The notes beneath the pieces were generated by a model. That model saw only the letters and a program-made list of their open reading frames with translations. It did no database searches and was not told the origin of the DNA. A stretch of 64,000 nucleotides of DNA. Origin: Escherichia phage vB_EcoM_G2540-3. Numbering within the stretch: the stretch's first letter is position 1; each line of letters starts with the position of its first letter. Location: sequence record MK327944.1; one strand, 5' to 3'. Below, one piece after another: positions 37,524-47,086 of this stretch. The position numbers and the translations under genes were made by a program.

Positions 37524-38724
37524 ATTTTGTAATAATGTCAAACTGTTCTTTAAAGCAGAAGCTTGAATCTTGATGCTGATACAAAAATTCATAAGCTTTT
37601 TCGCGTTCGCGGTCATAAAGAGTTCGGTCAGATGACAGTTCTTTAATACGTTCAAATGTTGATTCCATGTCATTTTCATCAAACCAAATGATACCGCTAT
37701 CATGCGAGGTCAAAGGAGTATTATCAACACGGAATTTTAAATTTTCGCCAGTAGATTTCCAAAATACCGGAATTGTTCCACATGCACCAAGCTCGAGATG
37801 AGTATATTCTAAAGAGCGCTGTAGATATTTTTTATCCAACTTACTCAACTGATAACCAAAACCGGATTTACTCATACGTTCAAGCATTTCGCTATTTACA
37901 TAACGGTCAAGAATTTGCGTTGGCAAATTAGGAGCAATTTTAATTTGGTCTACTTGATGAAGACGATAATACTCGTATGGAATTCCTTTTTCTTTAATAG
38001 GAATGAACGCTGGAGAACGTTCCAGACCTTCCATAATAGTACTTAGTCCTGCAGGTTTAAGATGTTTTTCATGAAAATCAAACATCTGATAAAAACCTTT
38101 CCATGTAGTCGTACGACCAATCCAACGGTTGATATTCATGTTAATTTCAGAAACATCTTTCCAGTAGGTTGATCGAACCTTCGCAATATCCATAGGAGGC
38201 TGAAAGTTATATACTGTCGGCGCTTCTTCAATATCATCAAACAGAGAAACTGTTTCCGGATACCATTCTTTCATCAGAACTTTATTAAAATCGCCATTAT
38301 CAGAATGGCTAAAAATAACATCAGCTCGACGAACAGTTTCTTCTAATCCCAAATTTCGACGCAAAGAAAGAGAAGAATGGTCATGCTGATAAACTACAAC
38401 ACGAACAGAAGGTTTAATGTTATCAATAATTTTTTTATAGTTATTAATAGTGTCTTCTTCAACCCAAGTAGCAGGAACTGAATTGATAATTAGAATATCA
38501 CAATCATTTACCAGCTTAAGTGTTTTATCGTATTCTTTTGCCAATAAAACCGGAATTGAAAATGATTTATAATCATGCGCGCAATTACGAGTAAATGATT
38601 TATCTTTAGCATAAACCAAAGTCACTTCATGACCATTTTTAATAAACCAATCACGTTGCTCGAGTGAGAATTTAGTTACACCACAACCTTCAAGACCTCG
38701 AGCCATAAAAATACATACTTTCAT
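37522..38724 (-). CDS. a-gt: DNA alpha-glucosyltransferase, 400 aa
   Basis: 400 aa; N-terminus MKVCIFMARGLEGCGVTKFSLEQRDWFIKNGHEV is alpha-gt-like. Confidence 0.85.
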   Translation of the reverse strand: MKVCIFMARGLEGCGVTKFSLEQRDWFIKNGHEVTLVYAKDKSFTRNCAHDYKSFSIPVLLAKEYDKTLKLVNDCDILIINSVPATWVEEDTINNYKKIIDNIKPSVRVVVYQHDHSSLSLRRNLGLEETVRRADVIFSHSDNGDFNKVLMKEWYPETVSLFDDIEEAPTVYNFQPPMDIAKVRSTYWKDVSEINMNINRWIGRTTTWKGFYQMFDFHEKHLKPAGLSTIMEGLERSPAFIPIKEKGIPYEYYRLHQVDQIKIAPNLPTQILDRYVNSEMLERMSKSGFGYQLSKLDKKYLQRSLEYTHLELGACGTIPVFWKSTGENLKFRVDNTPLTSHDSGIIWFDENDMESTFERIKELSSDRTLYDREREKAYEFLYQHQDSSFCFKEQFDIITK

Positions 38725-38748
38725 TTAATATCCTCTTTGTTTTGGTTT

Positions 38749-38772
38749 ATTTTACCAAAAATTTATAAAGCA
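38749..38772 (-). promoter_or_regulatory. MotA-box middle promoter (alpha-gt)
   Basis: Minus strand ATTGCTTTA, 13 nt, TGGTAAAAT. Confidence 0.5.
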
Positions 38773-38774
38773 AT

Positions 38775-38794
38775 ATAGGAGCCGAAGCTCCTAT
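38775..38794 (-). other. UUCG hairpin before the alpha-gt middle promoter
   Basis: Minus RNA AUAGGAGC-UUCG-GCUCCUAU. Confidence 0.5.
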
Positions 38795-38964
38795 CCACAT
38801 AATACGCCATACAGAGGCTCGTTAGAACTTTTAAATTTTATGCGCTTATATTTTATAGTTCCTTCTGCTTTAGCTTTATCATGAGACTCTTTAAAGCGTC
38901 TCATCATTTCCTCTTTAGAGGAACGAATTTTATTATAATCTATTTCAGAAGTCTGGGTGTTCAT
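38791..38964 (-). CDS. hypothetical small protein, 57 aa (below ORF-track cutoff)
   Basis: MNTQTSEIDYNKIRSSKEEMMRRFK...; stop abuts a UUCG hairpin. Confidence 0.4.
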   Translation of the reverse strand: MNTQTSEIDYNKIRSSKEEMMRRFKESHDKAKAEGTIKYKRIKFKSSNEPLYGVLCG

Positions 38965-38967
38965 CTT

Positions 38968-39174
38968 TCATAACTGCCACCATTTTTTGACTTGATAAGA
39001 ATCAACCCACACTTTCATATTAGGGTCTGCTCTTACAATAGGAGAATTAACTTCTTTAATTGAACTATCATGGTATTCTTTTTCAGAAATTTTCACACAA
39101 AGATGACCATTCAAAGATTCAGTAAATCCTGCATTAATTTTAAGACGCTTGAATTTTACGTGTGTAAGCATCAA
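38968..39174 (-). CDS. hypothetical protein, 68 aa
   Basis: ORF only. Confidence 0.45.
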   Translation of the reverse strand: MMLTHVKFKRLKINAGFTESLNGHLCVKISEKEYHDSSIKEVNSPIVRADPNMKVWVDSYQVKKWWQL

Positions 39175-39457
39175 TCATATCCTCAATCTGCGATCTAGTA
39201 GTCTTCCAAAGAATACTGATGAGTTCATCGTTATATGGCTGTTTTAGAATATCCCGACTTTTCTTGATAGCATATTCGTATTGAGCAAAATTATTATTTT
39301 CAGCTGCAATCTGAGCGTGCTTATAAAGACGATTCAGTTCGCGTTTGTTTTTAGACAATAACTTATTTGCTTTTCTTTCTGCTTCAAGACGGTTCTTTTC
39401 TTCAATAGAAGAAATAAGCTTTTCCACTTCATCATTAATTTCGGGTTTATCAGTCAT
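39140..39457 (-). CDS. hypothetical helical protein, 105 aa
   Basis: ORF only. Confidence 0.45.
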   Translation of the reverse strand: MTDKPEINDEVEKLISSIEEKNRLEAERKANKLLSKNKRELNRLYKHAQIAAENNNFAQYEYAIKKSRDILKQPYNDELISILWKTTRSQIEDMIDAYTRKIQAS

Positions 39458-39458
39458 A

Positions 39459-39677
39459 TTATTTCTCTAATATAAAATAAAAATCATCATCTGTTAAATG
39501 ATACCGATAATTTAATTCTACACCATTAGATTTAAAAGCGGTATCATACGGATTTTCTGGATCAATATCAATGTCAAGAGCTAAAACTTCCCTGAGATAC
39601 ATTTTAAGTAAATAGGGAATAGCTTCAACTTCAGGTATTTCTTCCAAGAATCCGGAGAGGTTAATCGTTAGCCTCAT
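39459..39677 (-). CDS. hypothetical protein, 72 aa
   Basis: ORF coupled to gene 55. Confidence 0.45.
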
Positions 39678-40224
39678 ATAAAAAATCCAAACTAGGAGAA
39701 TCGTCTACAACACTTTTCTTTTCAGCCCCCGGTGTTCTATAGGTTGATTCTTCGTAATGCGTCATTTTATCGTAGATGTCTTGAATAAAAGTTTCATCTA
39801 CTAACGCAACCATATCGTCGTCACGGCTGTCATAGACATTGTGAACGAAGTAACTATATTTCTTTGCAACTTCCTTACGTTCTTTTTTAATACGTTGGAC
39901 GAATGCATTAAAACAAGCTTGAGTTATATACGCATGTGGGTTTTTATATTTCGTTTCATCAAAATTATGAAGCCCCTTAATAGAAGCTTCTATACCATCT
40001 GCAATCATTTCTTGTTTCCAAGACTGGGTGTATCCTGAAAAGTTGAAACGTTTAGATAAGCCTTCTGCAATAAGCATAATGGCTAATCCGATAGTATCAT
40101 TTTGACGAACTACTTTATTTGGGTCTTTATTATTTGCTAATTCTGTTTTCCAATCAATAATAGCTTGTAAAAGCTCTTTATTGTTTACGTAATTATATTT
40201 AGGCTTAGTTTCTGACATTTTCAC
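39661..40224 (-). CDS. 55: late-transcription sigma factor gp55, 187 aa
   Basis: Size and position after alpha-gt; region-2-like sigma segment. Confidence 0.85.
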
Positions 40225-40296
40225 CTCTTAGCTCAATTCATAGATCTATTATATCATAATATTTGAAGATCTATCTTAAAGCACAGAGGATATCAG

Positions 40297-40566
40297 TTAT
40301 CTAAGTAAACAGTATGCTTGGAACACTTTCTCCATCATCTTTTTAAATTCATGAATATCTATATAATGACTAGTTAAATCAGCATGATATAAAAAGTCTA
40401 AAAACTTTTCATGTGTGCTAACATATTCACTTTCATTTAATTCAGAAACATGACTTTCCCAATATCCAACACCAGTCTTATTTGGGAAAAATGAAATTTT
40501 CATGTATTGGTCAACATAGAAAATGCCATAATTTTCAATAGTAATAGAAATATTAATAAATTTCAT
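40297..40566 (-). CDS. hypothetical protein, 89 aa
   Basis: ORF only (55.x region). Confidence 0.45.
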   Translation of the reverse strand: MKFINISITIENYGIFYVDQYMKISFFPNKTGVGYWESHVSELNESEYVSTHEKFLDFLYHADLTSHYIDIHEFKKMMEKVFQAYCLLR

Positions 40567-40778
40567 ACATTCATCAACTTAGCCGCTTCAAGAGCTGCAT
40601 CTAGTGAATCAAATTGGTCAACATATTCAATCAATTCGCCATAATTGGCATATAACCACCATTGGCTAAATTCATACTCAAGGATGAATCCGTTTCCTTC
40701 AATTTGAGTTAAACCAATGCCATTTGTATTTACTTCATATCCAGCAAGACGCAAATCGTTAATAAGAGCTTCGTTCAT
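40563..40778 (-). CDS. hypothetical protein, 71 aa
   Basis: ORF only. Confidence 0.45.
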   Translation of the reverse strand: MNEALINDLRLAGYEVNTNGIGLTQIEGNGFILEYEFSQWWLYANYGELIEYVDQFDSLDAALEAAKLMNV

Positions 40779-40780
40779 AA

Positions 40781-41107
40781 TTATACCTTAGTAATTTTCA
40801 GGTCTGCAAATTTTTTCTTGCGTTGATTTTTCATACGACGAATAGTTTTATCGGAAATTTCATGCTTTTGATAAGCTTTAGATTCTACACCAAAAGCTTT
40901 AACATCAAATTCTGACAAGATATATTGAACCAACAATTCACGGACAGTATTGCGTCCAATCTTCTGATCATTCTGTTTCATCGTCTGATGAAGCTCTTTT
41001 TCCCATTTATCCAAAATTTGAGGAGTTACAATATCGCCTTTTTCTAGCAAAGAAACTACTTTATCATATGCGTAAGAATTAATGACGTTTTTAATTTGAA
41101 TAGTCAT
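40781..41107 (-). CDS. hypothetical protein, 108 aa
   Basis: ORF with RBS GAGGA. Confidence 0.5.
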   Translation of the reverse strand: MTIQIKNVINSYAYDKVVSLLEKGDIVTPQILDKWEKELHQTMKQNDQKIGRNTVRELLVQYILSEFDVKAFGVESKAYQKHEISDKTIRRMKNQRKKKFADLKITKV

Positions 41108-41142
41108 ACATTATCCTCAATTACGTTAAAATTTTATTATCC

Positions 41143-41161
41143 AAAAAGGGCCGAAGCCCTT
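41143..41161 (-). terminator. UUCG hairpin, possible terminator or attenuator
   Basis: Minus RNA AAGGGC-UUCG-GCCCUU followed by UUUGG; overlaps the stop of 41160..41360. Confidence 0.5.
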
Positions 41162-41360
41162 AGCTAAACTTTTTGGCACCCTTCCAGCCTTCATACATCA
41201 TTGCGGCTGATATTAATATTGCTCCTGAGCAACTTGAATATTTGTGATTCCAAAACCAGTTCAGAAAAACTTCATCATCAATACCTTGGGCTATCATATT
41301 TTCAAAGAACTGACGACGAGATTCGGCAATTCGTTGCGATAATTTAGATTCAGGATTCAT
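41160..41360 (-). CDS. hypothetical protein, 66 aa
   Basis: ORF only. Confidence 0.45.
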   Translation of the reverse strand: MNPESKLSQRIAESRRQFFENMIAQGIDDEVFLNWFWNHKYSSCSGAILISAAMMYEGWKGAKKFS

Positions 41361-41492
41361 TTAAATTTTCCAGTTACCATTTTCATCAATAAATTTAATC
41401 CAGTCATTTACTGACCACTTAGTTGTATCACCTTTTGGAGTAACATTTAAAGTATATAGCCCTTGCTTAAAAAGCATTCGTTTGATATTCAT
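41361..41492 (-). CDS. hypothetical small protein, about 43 aa
   Basis: Internal ATG 41492 with RBS GAGGAAAAT, immediately after the upstream stop. Confidence 0.35.
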   Translation of the reverse strand: MNIKRMLFKQGLYTLNVTPKGDTTKWSVNDWIKFIDENGNWKI

Positions 41493-41499
41493 ATTTTCC

Positions 41500-41793
41500 T
41501 CAGCTGTAACGATAACACTCGTTTGATTTGCGTTTAGCAACTCGTTGAGAAGTATTATAATCAAAATCATCGTCAATGTAAACTGATTTTTTCAACTTTC
41601 TTACTTCACCGCGTAATTGACGATTTAACTCATCTTTAACTTCTGAATCAATGCCTTTCATTCTACGCCATTTATCTGAGCGAAAAATGTTTTCAACCAT
41701 ATCTTTATGACTTACACCGTCTGGAGCTTTACGCTTTCCAAAATAGTCATAATCACGAACTTTCAAGTCTTTACGACGATACGTTTTACCCAT
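41500..41793 (-). CDS. hypothetical basic protein, about 97 aa
   Basis: Start set at ATG 41793 with RBS AAGGAA. Confidence 0.45.
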   Translation of the reverse strand: MGKTYRRKDLKVRDYDYFGKRKAPDGVSHKDMVENIFRSDKWRRMKGIDSEVKDELNRQLRGEVRKLKKSVYIDDDFDYNTSQRVAKRKSNECYRYS

Positions 41794-41962
41794 GGAGTTT
41801 AATTTCCTTAGCAACTGAACTAAATACAGCACGATCACAAATCATACGTTTGTTCCATTTAATCACAGTATAATGAACATCTAGATCATCGACTGCTGTA
41901 ACAATAACGATATGTCCGTTAACGCGATAATACTGGTCAATTTTAATCTCTTTATCAACCAT
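41786..41962 (-). CDS. hypothetical small protein, 58 aa (below ORF-track cutoff)
   Basis: MVDKEIKIDQYYRVNGHIVIVTAVDD...; RBS GAGGAA; early promoter at 41993..42022. Confidence 0.4.
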   Translation of the reverse strand: MVDKEIKIDQYYRVNGHIVIVTAVDDLDVHYTVIKWNKRMICDRAVFSSVAKEIKLHG

Positions 41963-41992
41963 ATCAATTCCTCAAAGGCAATTCATATGTTA

Positions 41993-42022
41993 ATAATACC
42001 ACAGTTTGAACTTGTTGTAAAC
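41993..42022 (-). promoter_or_regulatory. T4-type early promoter
   Basis: Minus strand GTTTAC, 18 nt, TGGTATTAT. Confidence 0.6.
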
Positions 42023-42103
42023 AACTTTGTGAAAAATATTTTAGGGAATGATAAGAAAGGAACGATAGCTTAGAATGGTAATATACAGAATGTTAGAAAG
42101 AAA

Positions 42104-42117
42104 GGCCCAGAGGGCCC
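42104..42117 (-). terminator. GC hairpin after nrdH
   Basis: GGCCC-AGAG-GGCCC stem-loop just after the nrdH stop. Confidence 0.45.
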
Positions 42118-42120
42118 GTC

Positions 42121-42444
42121 TTAATCTTCTATGATATCTCTATCATATCCAAGTGAAATGAGAGTTTCTTTGAAGTGTTTAATGTTCTTTTGTCTAGAAT
42201 CATTAATGAAAATGACTGGATAACGAATGTTAAGAGATGTGAATCCAGCGCGTTTAGCAAGAGATACAATCAGTGGACGATCATACTCAATCTTACCGTT
42301 ATTTGTAAGAACTTTATAGAAAGTAAAAGGAGCATTGAGCTCCTTTAGAAGTTTTGTAACTGATTGACATCCAGGACAACGACCTACTTCATCTGGAATT
42401 CCATAGACTTCAATCTTATTCTTTAAGTTCGAGTTTTGTTCCAC
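42121..42444 (-). CDS. nrdH: NrdH-like glutaredoxin/thioredoxin-fold redoxin
   Basis: CPGC redox motif; the start is uncertain (a GTG at 42444 is proposed; the ORF-track start overlaps the upstream gene). Confidence 0.55.
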   Translation of the reverse strand: MEQNSNLKNKIEVYGIPDEVGRCPGCQSVTKLLKELNAPFTFYKVLTNNGKIEYDRPLIVSLAKRAGFTSLNIRYPVIFINDSRQKNIKHFKETLISLGYDRDIIED

Positions 42445-42727
42445 GAGAAATAATTCCTTGGTAAGCCCAATAAGGAGGATTAACAGAATCATCACCAGAA
42501 TTTTCTTCAGGGAAATAAACCTGGATAACGAAGCCGGATTCATCAAAGGTAAAATAAACCGTAGGCAGTTCACCTAACAAATCGGCACGAGCATTAATTT
42601 CTTCGAGATCTCGTTCACGTCCAGCCCAAAAACTAGGATTTAGACTACATTCGTAAAAATAATAGTCATTACCGAACATATCAAACCCCTTCCAACTCTC
42701 TACCACATACTGCTCAAAACTAATCAT
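42416..42727 (-). CDS. hypothetical protein, 103 aa
   Basis: ORF only. Confidence 0.45.
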   Translation of the reverse strand: MISFEQYVVESWKGFDMFGNDYYFYECSLNPSFWAGRERDLEEINARADLLGELPTVYFTFDESGFVIQVYFPEENSGDDSVNPPYWAYQGIISRGTKLELKE

Positions 42728-42729
42728 AA

Positions 42730-42969
42730 TTAAGCCTTTTTATCAAGAACAGCATTCAGCTTGTTAGTAATTTTATCCAGACGCTCATTGAATTCGCTAG
42801 AAGATAAGCCTTTTTCTGGAGAAATCAAACTAATCACGAAAAATATAGCAATAAAAGGAATAAGGAAAATAGCTCCAACTGCCATAAACAAAAAGAACGT
42901 TACGGTTGTAAGAAAATCAGCTAAACCTTTACGAAATTTATACATATTTACCCTTAATTGATTAACCAA
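42730..42969 (-). CDS. small membrane protein, 79 aa
   Basis: Central hydrophobic stretch FLTTVTFFLFMAVGAIFLIPFIAIFFVISL. Confidence 0.5.
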   Translation of the reverse strand: MVNQLRVNMYKFRKGLADFLTTVTFFLFMAVGAIFLIPFIAIFFVISLISPEKGLSSSEFNERLDKITNKLNAVLDKKA

Positions 42970-43059
42970 GCATTGATAAGCACTAAACTGTATTGCGAAT
43001 AAAATTCTGGACCAAAATGAAAAATCATATCATTTATAGTGTCCATAATATAATTCAAT

Positions 43060-43530
43060 TTAATCATGTTTCCACACCCCATCGGTATTTGACCAAAGTC
43101 GCTGATTATCTGATCCTCGCCACAGCTTTTTAGTCGGAAGATTTTTCTCATACTTCCCATCAATAATAACATCAACATATTTAAGCATTTCTAGTTGTTT
43201 AATATCTTCAAACTTATATCCTGTCCACAACCAGATATCTTTCTCCGGAAATCTTGCTTTAACCCAAGAAACTAAATTTGAAATCTCTTCTCGGTTCTGT
43301 GGATAAAGTGGGTCACCACCGGTTAAGGTAAGGCCTTGGATATACGATTTGCTTAAATGGGACGCAAGTTCTTTAACGGTATTCATAGTGAATAACTGTC
43401 CGTTACGAGCATTCCAAGTACTACGATTATAACAACCTTCGCATTTATGCAAACATCCAGTGACGAAGAGAACGACCCTACATCCAGGGCCGTTAACGAA
43501 ATCGCATGGATAAATTCTATCATAATTCAT
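43060..43530 (-). CDS. nrdG: anaerobic ribonucleotide reductase activase NrdG (radical SAM), 156 aa
   Basis: CxxxCxxC cluster CLHKCEGC after MNYDRIYPCDFVNGPG; start trimmed to ATG 43530. Confidence 0.85.
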   Translation of the reverse strand: MNYDRIYPCDFVNGPGCRVVLFVTGCLHKCEGCYNRSTWNARNGQLFTMNTVKELASHLSKSYIQGLTLTGGDPLYPQNREEISNLVSWVKARFPEKDIWLWTGYKFEDIKQLEMLKYVDVIIDGKYEKNLPTKKLWRGSDNQRLWSNTDGVWKHD

Positions 43531-44152
43531 CTTTATATTTCCAAGTATATCCCTTATGAATAGATTGAATTCCTTTGCAACATTTATAAACAGCAGAATG
43601 AAAAAATCCTGCATTTCTTATTTCAGTTGCTCCAGTTAGTTCTATTGTATTTCCGTCTGGTGAATAGCCAATAACCGTTTTGGTGTTAAAGCGATTTCTA
43701 GAACTATTTTTGATATGCTCTTTATGATTAGTAGACAAAGTTCTTCCTGTTAGCCCATCAGATATCCTTTTTCCAAAATCATCAGGAAGAGTTACTTTAG
43801 ACCTAGCTATGCTCATTAGCTTCTTAGTTTTATCGCTTCTTTTTGCGCCACGCTGATTTTCAAATTTCTTAGCTTTTGCATACGCGTATTGTGAAGAAGT
43901 AACTTTTCTATGCTTACTATTACTCATTATCCAATATGCATCATACATCTTTCCACCATATATTTTAGCCAATAAATGGTGAGCAGTATAGTGGGCCTTA
44001 TAAGTTAAAAATACTAAGTTGTCTAAATCATCTGAACCACCCATACTTCTTGGAATTATATGATGAAGTTCATACCCGGCTTTAGTTTGACGGGGCTTAG
44101 ATGGGTGTTCAGCAGAATTAACTAGATTTGAATAGATTCTGTCATAATTCAT
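43520..44152 (-). CDS. HNH (Mob-type) homing endonuclease, 210 aa
   Basis: HHIIPRSMGGSDDLDNLVFLTYKAHYTAH motif; inserted between nrdD and nrdG. Confidence 0.8.
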   Translation of the reverse strand: MNYDRIYSNLVNSAEHPSKPRQTKAGYELHHIIPRSMGGSDDLDNLVFLTYKAHYTAHHLLAKIYGGKMYDAYWIMSNSKHRKVTSSQYAYAKAKKFENQRGAKRSDKTKKLMSIARSKVTLPDDFGKRISDGLTGRTLSTNHKEHIKNSSRNRFNTKTVIGYSPDGNTIELTGATEIRNAGFFHSAVYKCCKGIQSIHKGYTWKYKDEL

Positions 44153-45966
44153 TGGTGTTTAACCCTATGCATGATTTCTTTGTTTTTACCGAGATTAAAT
44201 CCGCGTTCGTTCGGATTTCCCAAATAACCACATGTTCTTCTTATTGTGTTCATCTTTTTAGGATCAGTTTCTCCACAAATAGAACAAACAAATCCGTTTT
44301 CAGTAGGAGTCATTTCATGGGTACTTCCACATGTAAAACATTTATCTACTGGCATATTAACACCAAAATAATCTAAATGTTGTGCAGCATAATCCCATAC
44401 AGCCTCAAGACCCTTTAAGTTATTTTTCATATCAGGAAGTTCAACATAAGAAATGTGACCACCTGTCGCAATGAAATGATATGGCGCTTCACGAGAAATC
44501 TTTTCAAACGGAGTAATATTTTCTTCTACTGAAACATGGAAACTATTAGTGTACCAGCCTTTATCGGTAACATCTTTTACACTTCCATATTTTTCTGTAT
44601 CAAGTTTACAGAAGCGATAACAAAGGTTTTCAGCAGGAGTCGAATATAAACTAAAAGCAAATCCGGTTCTTTCAGTCCACTGTTTAAGATGAGCATTCAT
44701 TTTAGTTAAAATTTCTTGTCCAATATCACGACCGACAAGAATATTCAATTCGTGAATACCAATGTATCCTAAAGACACTGAACTTCTACCGTTTTTAAAT
44801 AACTCAATTATGTCGTCATCAGGTTTAAGACGAACCCCGAATGCACCTTCTTGGTAAAGAATAGGAGCAACAGTCGCTTTAACTCCTTTTAAGGAACTAA
44901 TTCTACACATCAAAGCTTCAAAACATAAATCCATTCGTTCATTAAATAGCTCAACAAATTTCTGTTCATTGAATTGTGTTCCAATATAAGAATCTAACGC
45001 GATGCGAGGAAGATTCAGTGTTACAACACCAAGATTATTACGTCCATCAAGAATTTCATTACCAGTCGAATCTTTCCATACGCTCAAGAAACTACGGCAA
45101 CCCATCGGAGAAACAGGAACTGAAGAACCGGTAATAGCTTTATTGTTCTTAGCTGAAATAATGTCAGGATACATTCTTTTGCTTGCGCACTCTAGAGCAA
45201 GCTGTTTAATATCATAGTTCGGATCGTCTTTATAAAGATTAACACCTTCTTCAACGAACATAACAAGCTTAGGGAAAATAGGAGTTATCCCGTCACGACC
45301 AAGACCTTTAATACGATTTTTCAGAATTGCTTTCTGAATCATTCGTTCAGTCCAGTCAGTTCCCGTACCAAATGTAATTGTTACAAAAGGCGTTTGTCCG
45401 TTTGAACTAAAGAGAGTATTTACTTCATATTCATAAGCTTGGAATGCATCGTATACGTCTTTTTCTGTTTTAGACTGGGCGTAATTCAACGCATCAGCGA
45501 TTTGCCATTTTTCTGCATCTTCAATATGTTTTGCATAGGTGCGTTTAACATAAGGAGAAAGTACTTTGTCTACATTCGCAAAAGTCGTTCCACCATATTG
45601 ATGGGAAGCAACCTGTGCAGTAATTTGTGCCATAATTGCAGTAGCAACACCGATTGATTTAGGAGTTTCAATCTGTGCATTACCAAGCTTAAATCCGTTC
45701 TCAAGCATTCCTTTTAAATCTACTAAACAGCAATTAGTAAATGGAAGAGCAGGGGAATAATCAATATCATGGAAATGGATAATTCCGCTTTCATGCGCTT
45801 TCATAATAAAAGACGGGACCATATTTTTGGCAATGTGTTTAGACACAATACCAGCCATAAGGTCCCGTTGAGTTGGAAAAACACGAGAATCTTTATTAGC
45901 ATTCTCGTTCAAAAGGTCTTTATTAGTTTTATGAATCAATCCTTCAATTTCTTTTTCAATTGTCAT
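44149..45966 (-). CDS. nrdD: anaerobic ribonucleoside-triphosphate reductase NrdD, 605 aa, uninterrupted
   Basis: 605-aa continuous ORF; C-terminal zinc ribbon CFTCGS...CSICG and glycyl-radical region. Confidence 0.9.
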   Translation of the reverse strand: MTIEKEIEGLIHKTNKDLLNENANKDSRVFPTQRDLMAGIVSKHIAKNMVPSFIMKAHESGIIHFHDIDYSPALPFTNCCLVDLKGMLENGFKLGNAQIETPKSIGVATAIMAQITAQVASHQYGGTTFANVDKVLSPYVKRTYAKHIEDAEKWQIADALNYAQSKTEKDVYDAFQAYEYEVNTLFSSNGQTPFVTITFGTGTDWTERMIQKAILKNRIKGLGRDGITPIFPKLVMFVEEGVNLYKDDPNYDIKQLALECASKRMYPDIISAKNNKAITGSSVPVSPMGCRSFLSVWKDSTGNEILDGRNNLGVVTLNLPRIALDSYIGTQFNEQKFVELFNERMDLCFEALMCRISSLKGVKATVAPILYQEGAFGVRLKPDDDIIELFKNGRSSVSLGYIGIHELNILVGRDIGQEILTKMNAHLKQWTERTGFAFSLYSTPAENLCYRFCKLDTEKYGSVKDVTDKGWYTNSFHVSVEENITPFEKISREAPYHFIATGGHISYVELPDMKNNLKGLEAVWDYAAQHLDYFGVNMPVDKCFTCGSTHEMTPTENGFVCSICGETDPKKMNTIRRTCGYLGNPNERGFNLGKNKEIMHRVKHQ

Positions 45967-46436
45967 TTTAAACTCTTTCTAAGCTGCTTCTTAAATGAAG
46001 CTATTAACTGTGTTTTGGTGTCAGATTCATTATATTCAAATCCTCTTTGAAGCATCTCGGCCATCATTTCCTCTTTTCCTAAACGAGAAAATTCCTTTGA
46101 TTTATCTCCAACAAAGTTAGGGTGAATATTATTTTGGGTGTAATCGGATTTTAAATAAGTAAGTAAATTTTCTAACCATTCAAGATAATCAACCCCTTGT
46201 CCCTTTAAGCCAGAACGATTAAATTTGTGCTTCATTTGACCTTCTGCGGCATTGCAGAGATTACAAAGCAATCCACGCACCTTTCCTGCTTTTGGTCCAT
46301 TTAATTCATGGTCATGGTCGAGGTGATTAGCTTGAACATCAGGATTTAGTTCTCGTTGGCAAATTAAGCATTTACCGTTTTGTGCATCATAAAATTTCTG
46401 TTTTTCTTCTTTATATAATTTGCCAGTCAATAACAT
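45963..46436 (-). CDS. 49: endonuclease VII (gp49) Holliday-junction resolvase, 157 aa
   Basis: 157 aa; CLICQ...HLDHDHE...CNLCN zinc and His motifs. Confidence 0.85.
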   Translation of the reverse strand: MLLTGKLYKEEKQKFYDAQNGKCLICQRELNPDVQANHLDHDHELNGPKAGKVRGLLCNLCNAAEGQMKHKFNRSGLKGQGVDYLEWLENLLTYLKSDYTQNNIHPNFVGDKSKEFSRLGKEEMMAEMLQRGFEYNESDTKTQLIASFKKQLRKSLK

Positions 46437-46477
46437 AATAAACCCTTACCTTAAATAGATAAGGGTATTTATTATTT

Positions 46478-46981
46478 TCAAGTATTGTAAAACATTTGAT
46501 TCAATCGCTTATATTGCCGAATCTTTTGGTCAGAAAAAGAAATTTGGGTTTCAAGCCATTCAATGTACTCTGCGGCAGCTTGCATTAAATTTCCTTCATA
46601 ACCATCGTTATTTTCTTGTGCAGCTAATTTAGCTAATGCGTATGAAATACGTTCACCTTGAAAATCAGCTTTAGGCTTCTGAACAACTTGATTAGTTCTC
46701 TCTACAACTTCTTCAATTTCGCCATTTTCTACTGATTCAGTATTCCACAAGCACCAATACGTAATTGGCTTATCGTAGATGTTAATAATCTTTCCATCAG
46801 AAAGTTCAATTTCAATAATTCCAGTATCAGGCTCTATATCATCTTCACATTCTTTTGCAAGTTCACGAACTTTAAAGACAGTACCTGCACTAAGTTCCGG
46901 CCAGTAATTACACAGCCCTGTATCAGCACGATTAATTCTAAACCACTTATCTACTGTAATCATGTCCCATCTCCATATCAA
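46478..46981 (-). CDS. hypothetical protein, 167 aa (T4 pin position)
   Basis: ORF only; the synteny assignment is tentative. Confidence 0.45.
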   Translation of the reverse strand: MIWRWDMITVDKWFRINRADTGLCNYWPELSAGTVFKVRELAKECEDDIEPDTGIIEIELSDGKIINIYDKPITYWCLWNTESVENGEIEEVVERTNQVVQKPKADFQGERISYALAKLAAQENNDGYEGNLMQAAAEYIEWLETQISFSDQKIRQYKRLNQMFYNT

Positions 46982-47086
46982 TTAAGTCATTTATCGTTGG
47001 TTCATTATATATTGTTTCTTCATCAGTGTAAACCGGTTCTTCCGGCTCTGGCTCTACAGTTTCCCATCTAGCCGCCCACCAAGGTT

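Noticed and set aside
42954-43178. 74-aa ORF overlapping the 3' end of nrdG
   Set aside because: Most of it overlaps nrdG in another frame; only the last 37 codons downstream of the nrdG stop could be a real small gene, which is too uncertain to annotate.
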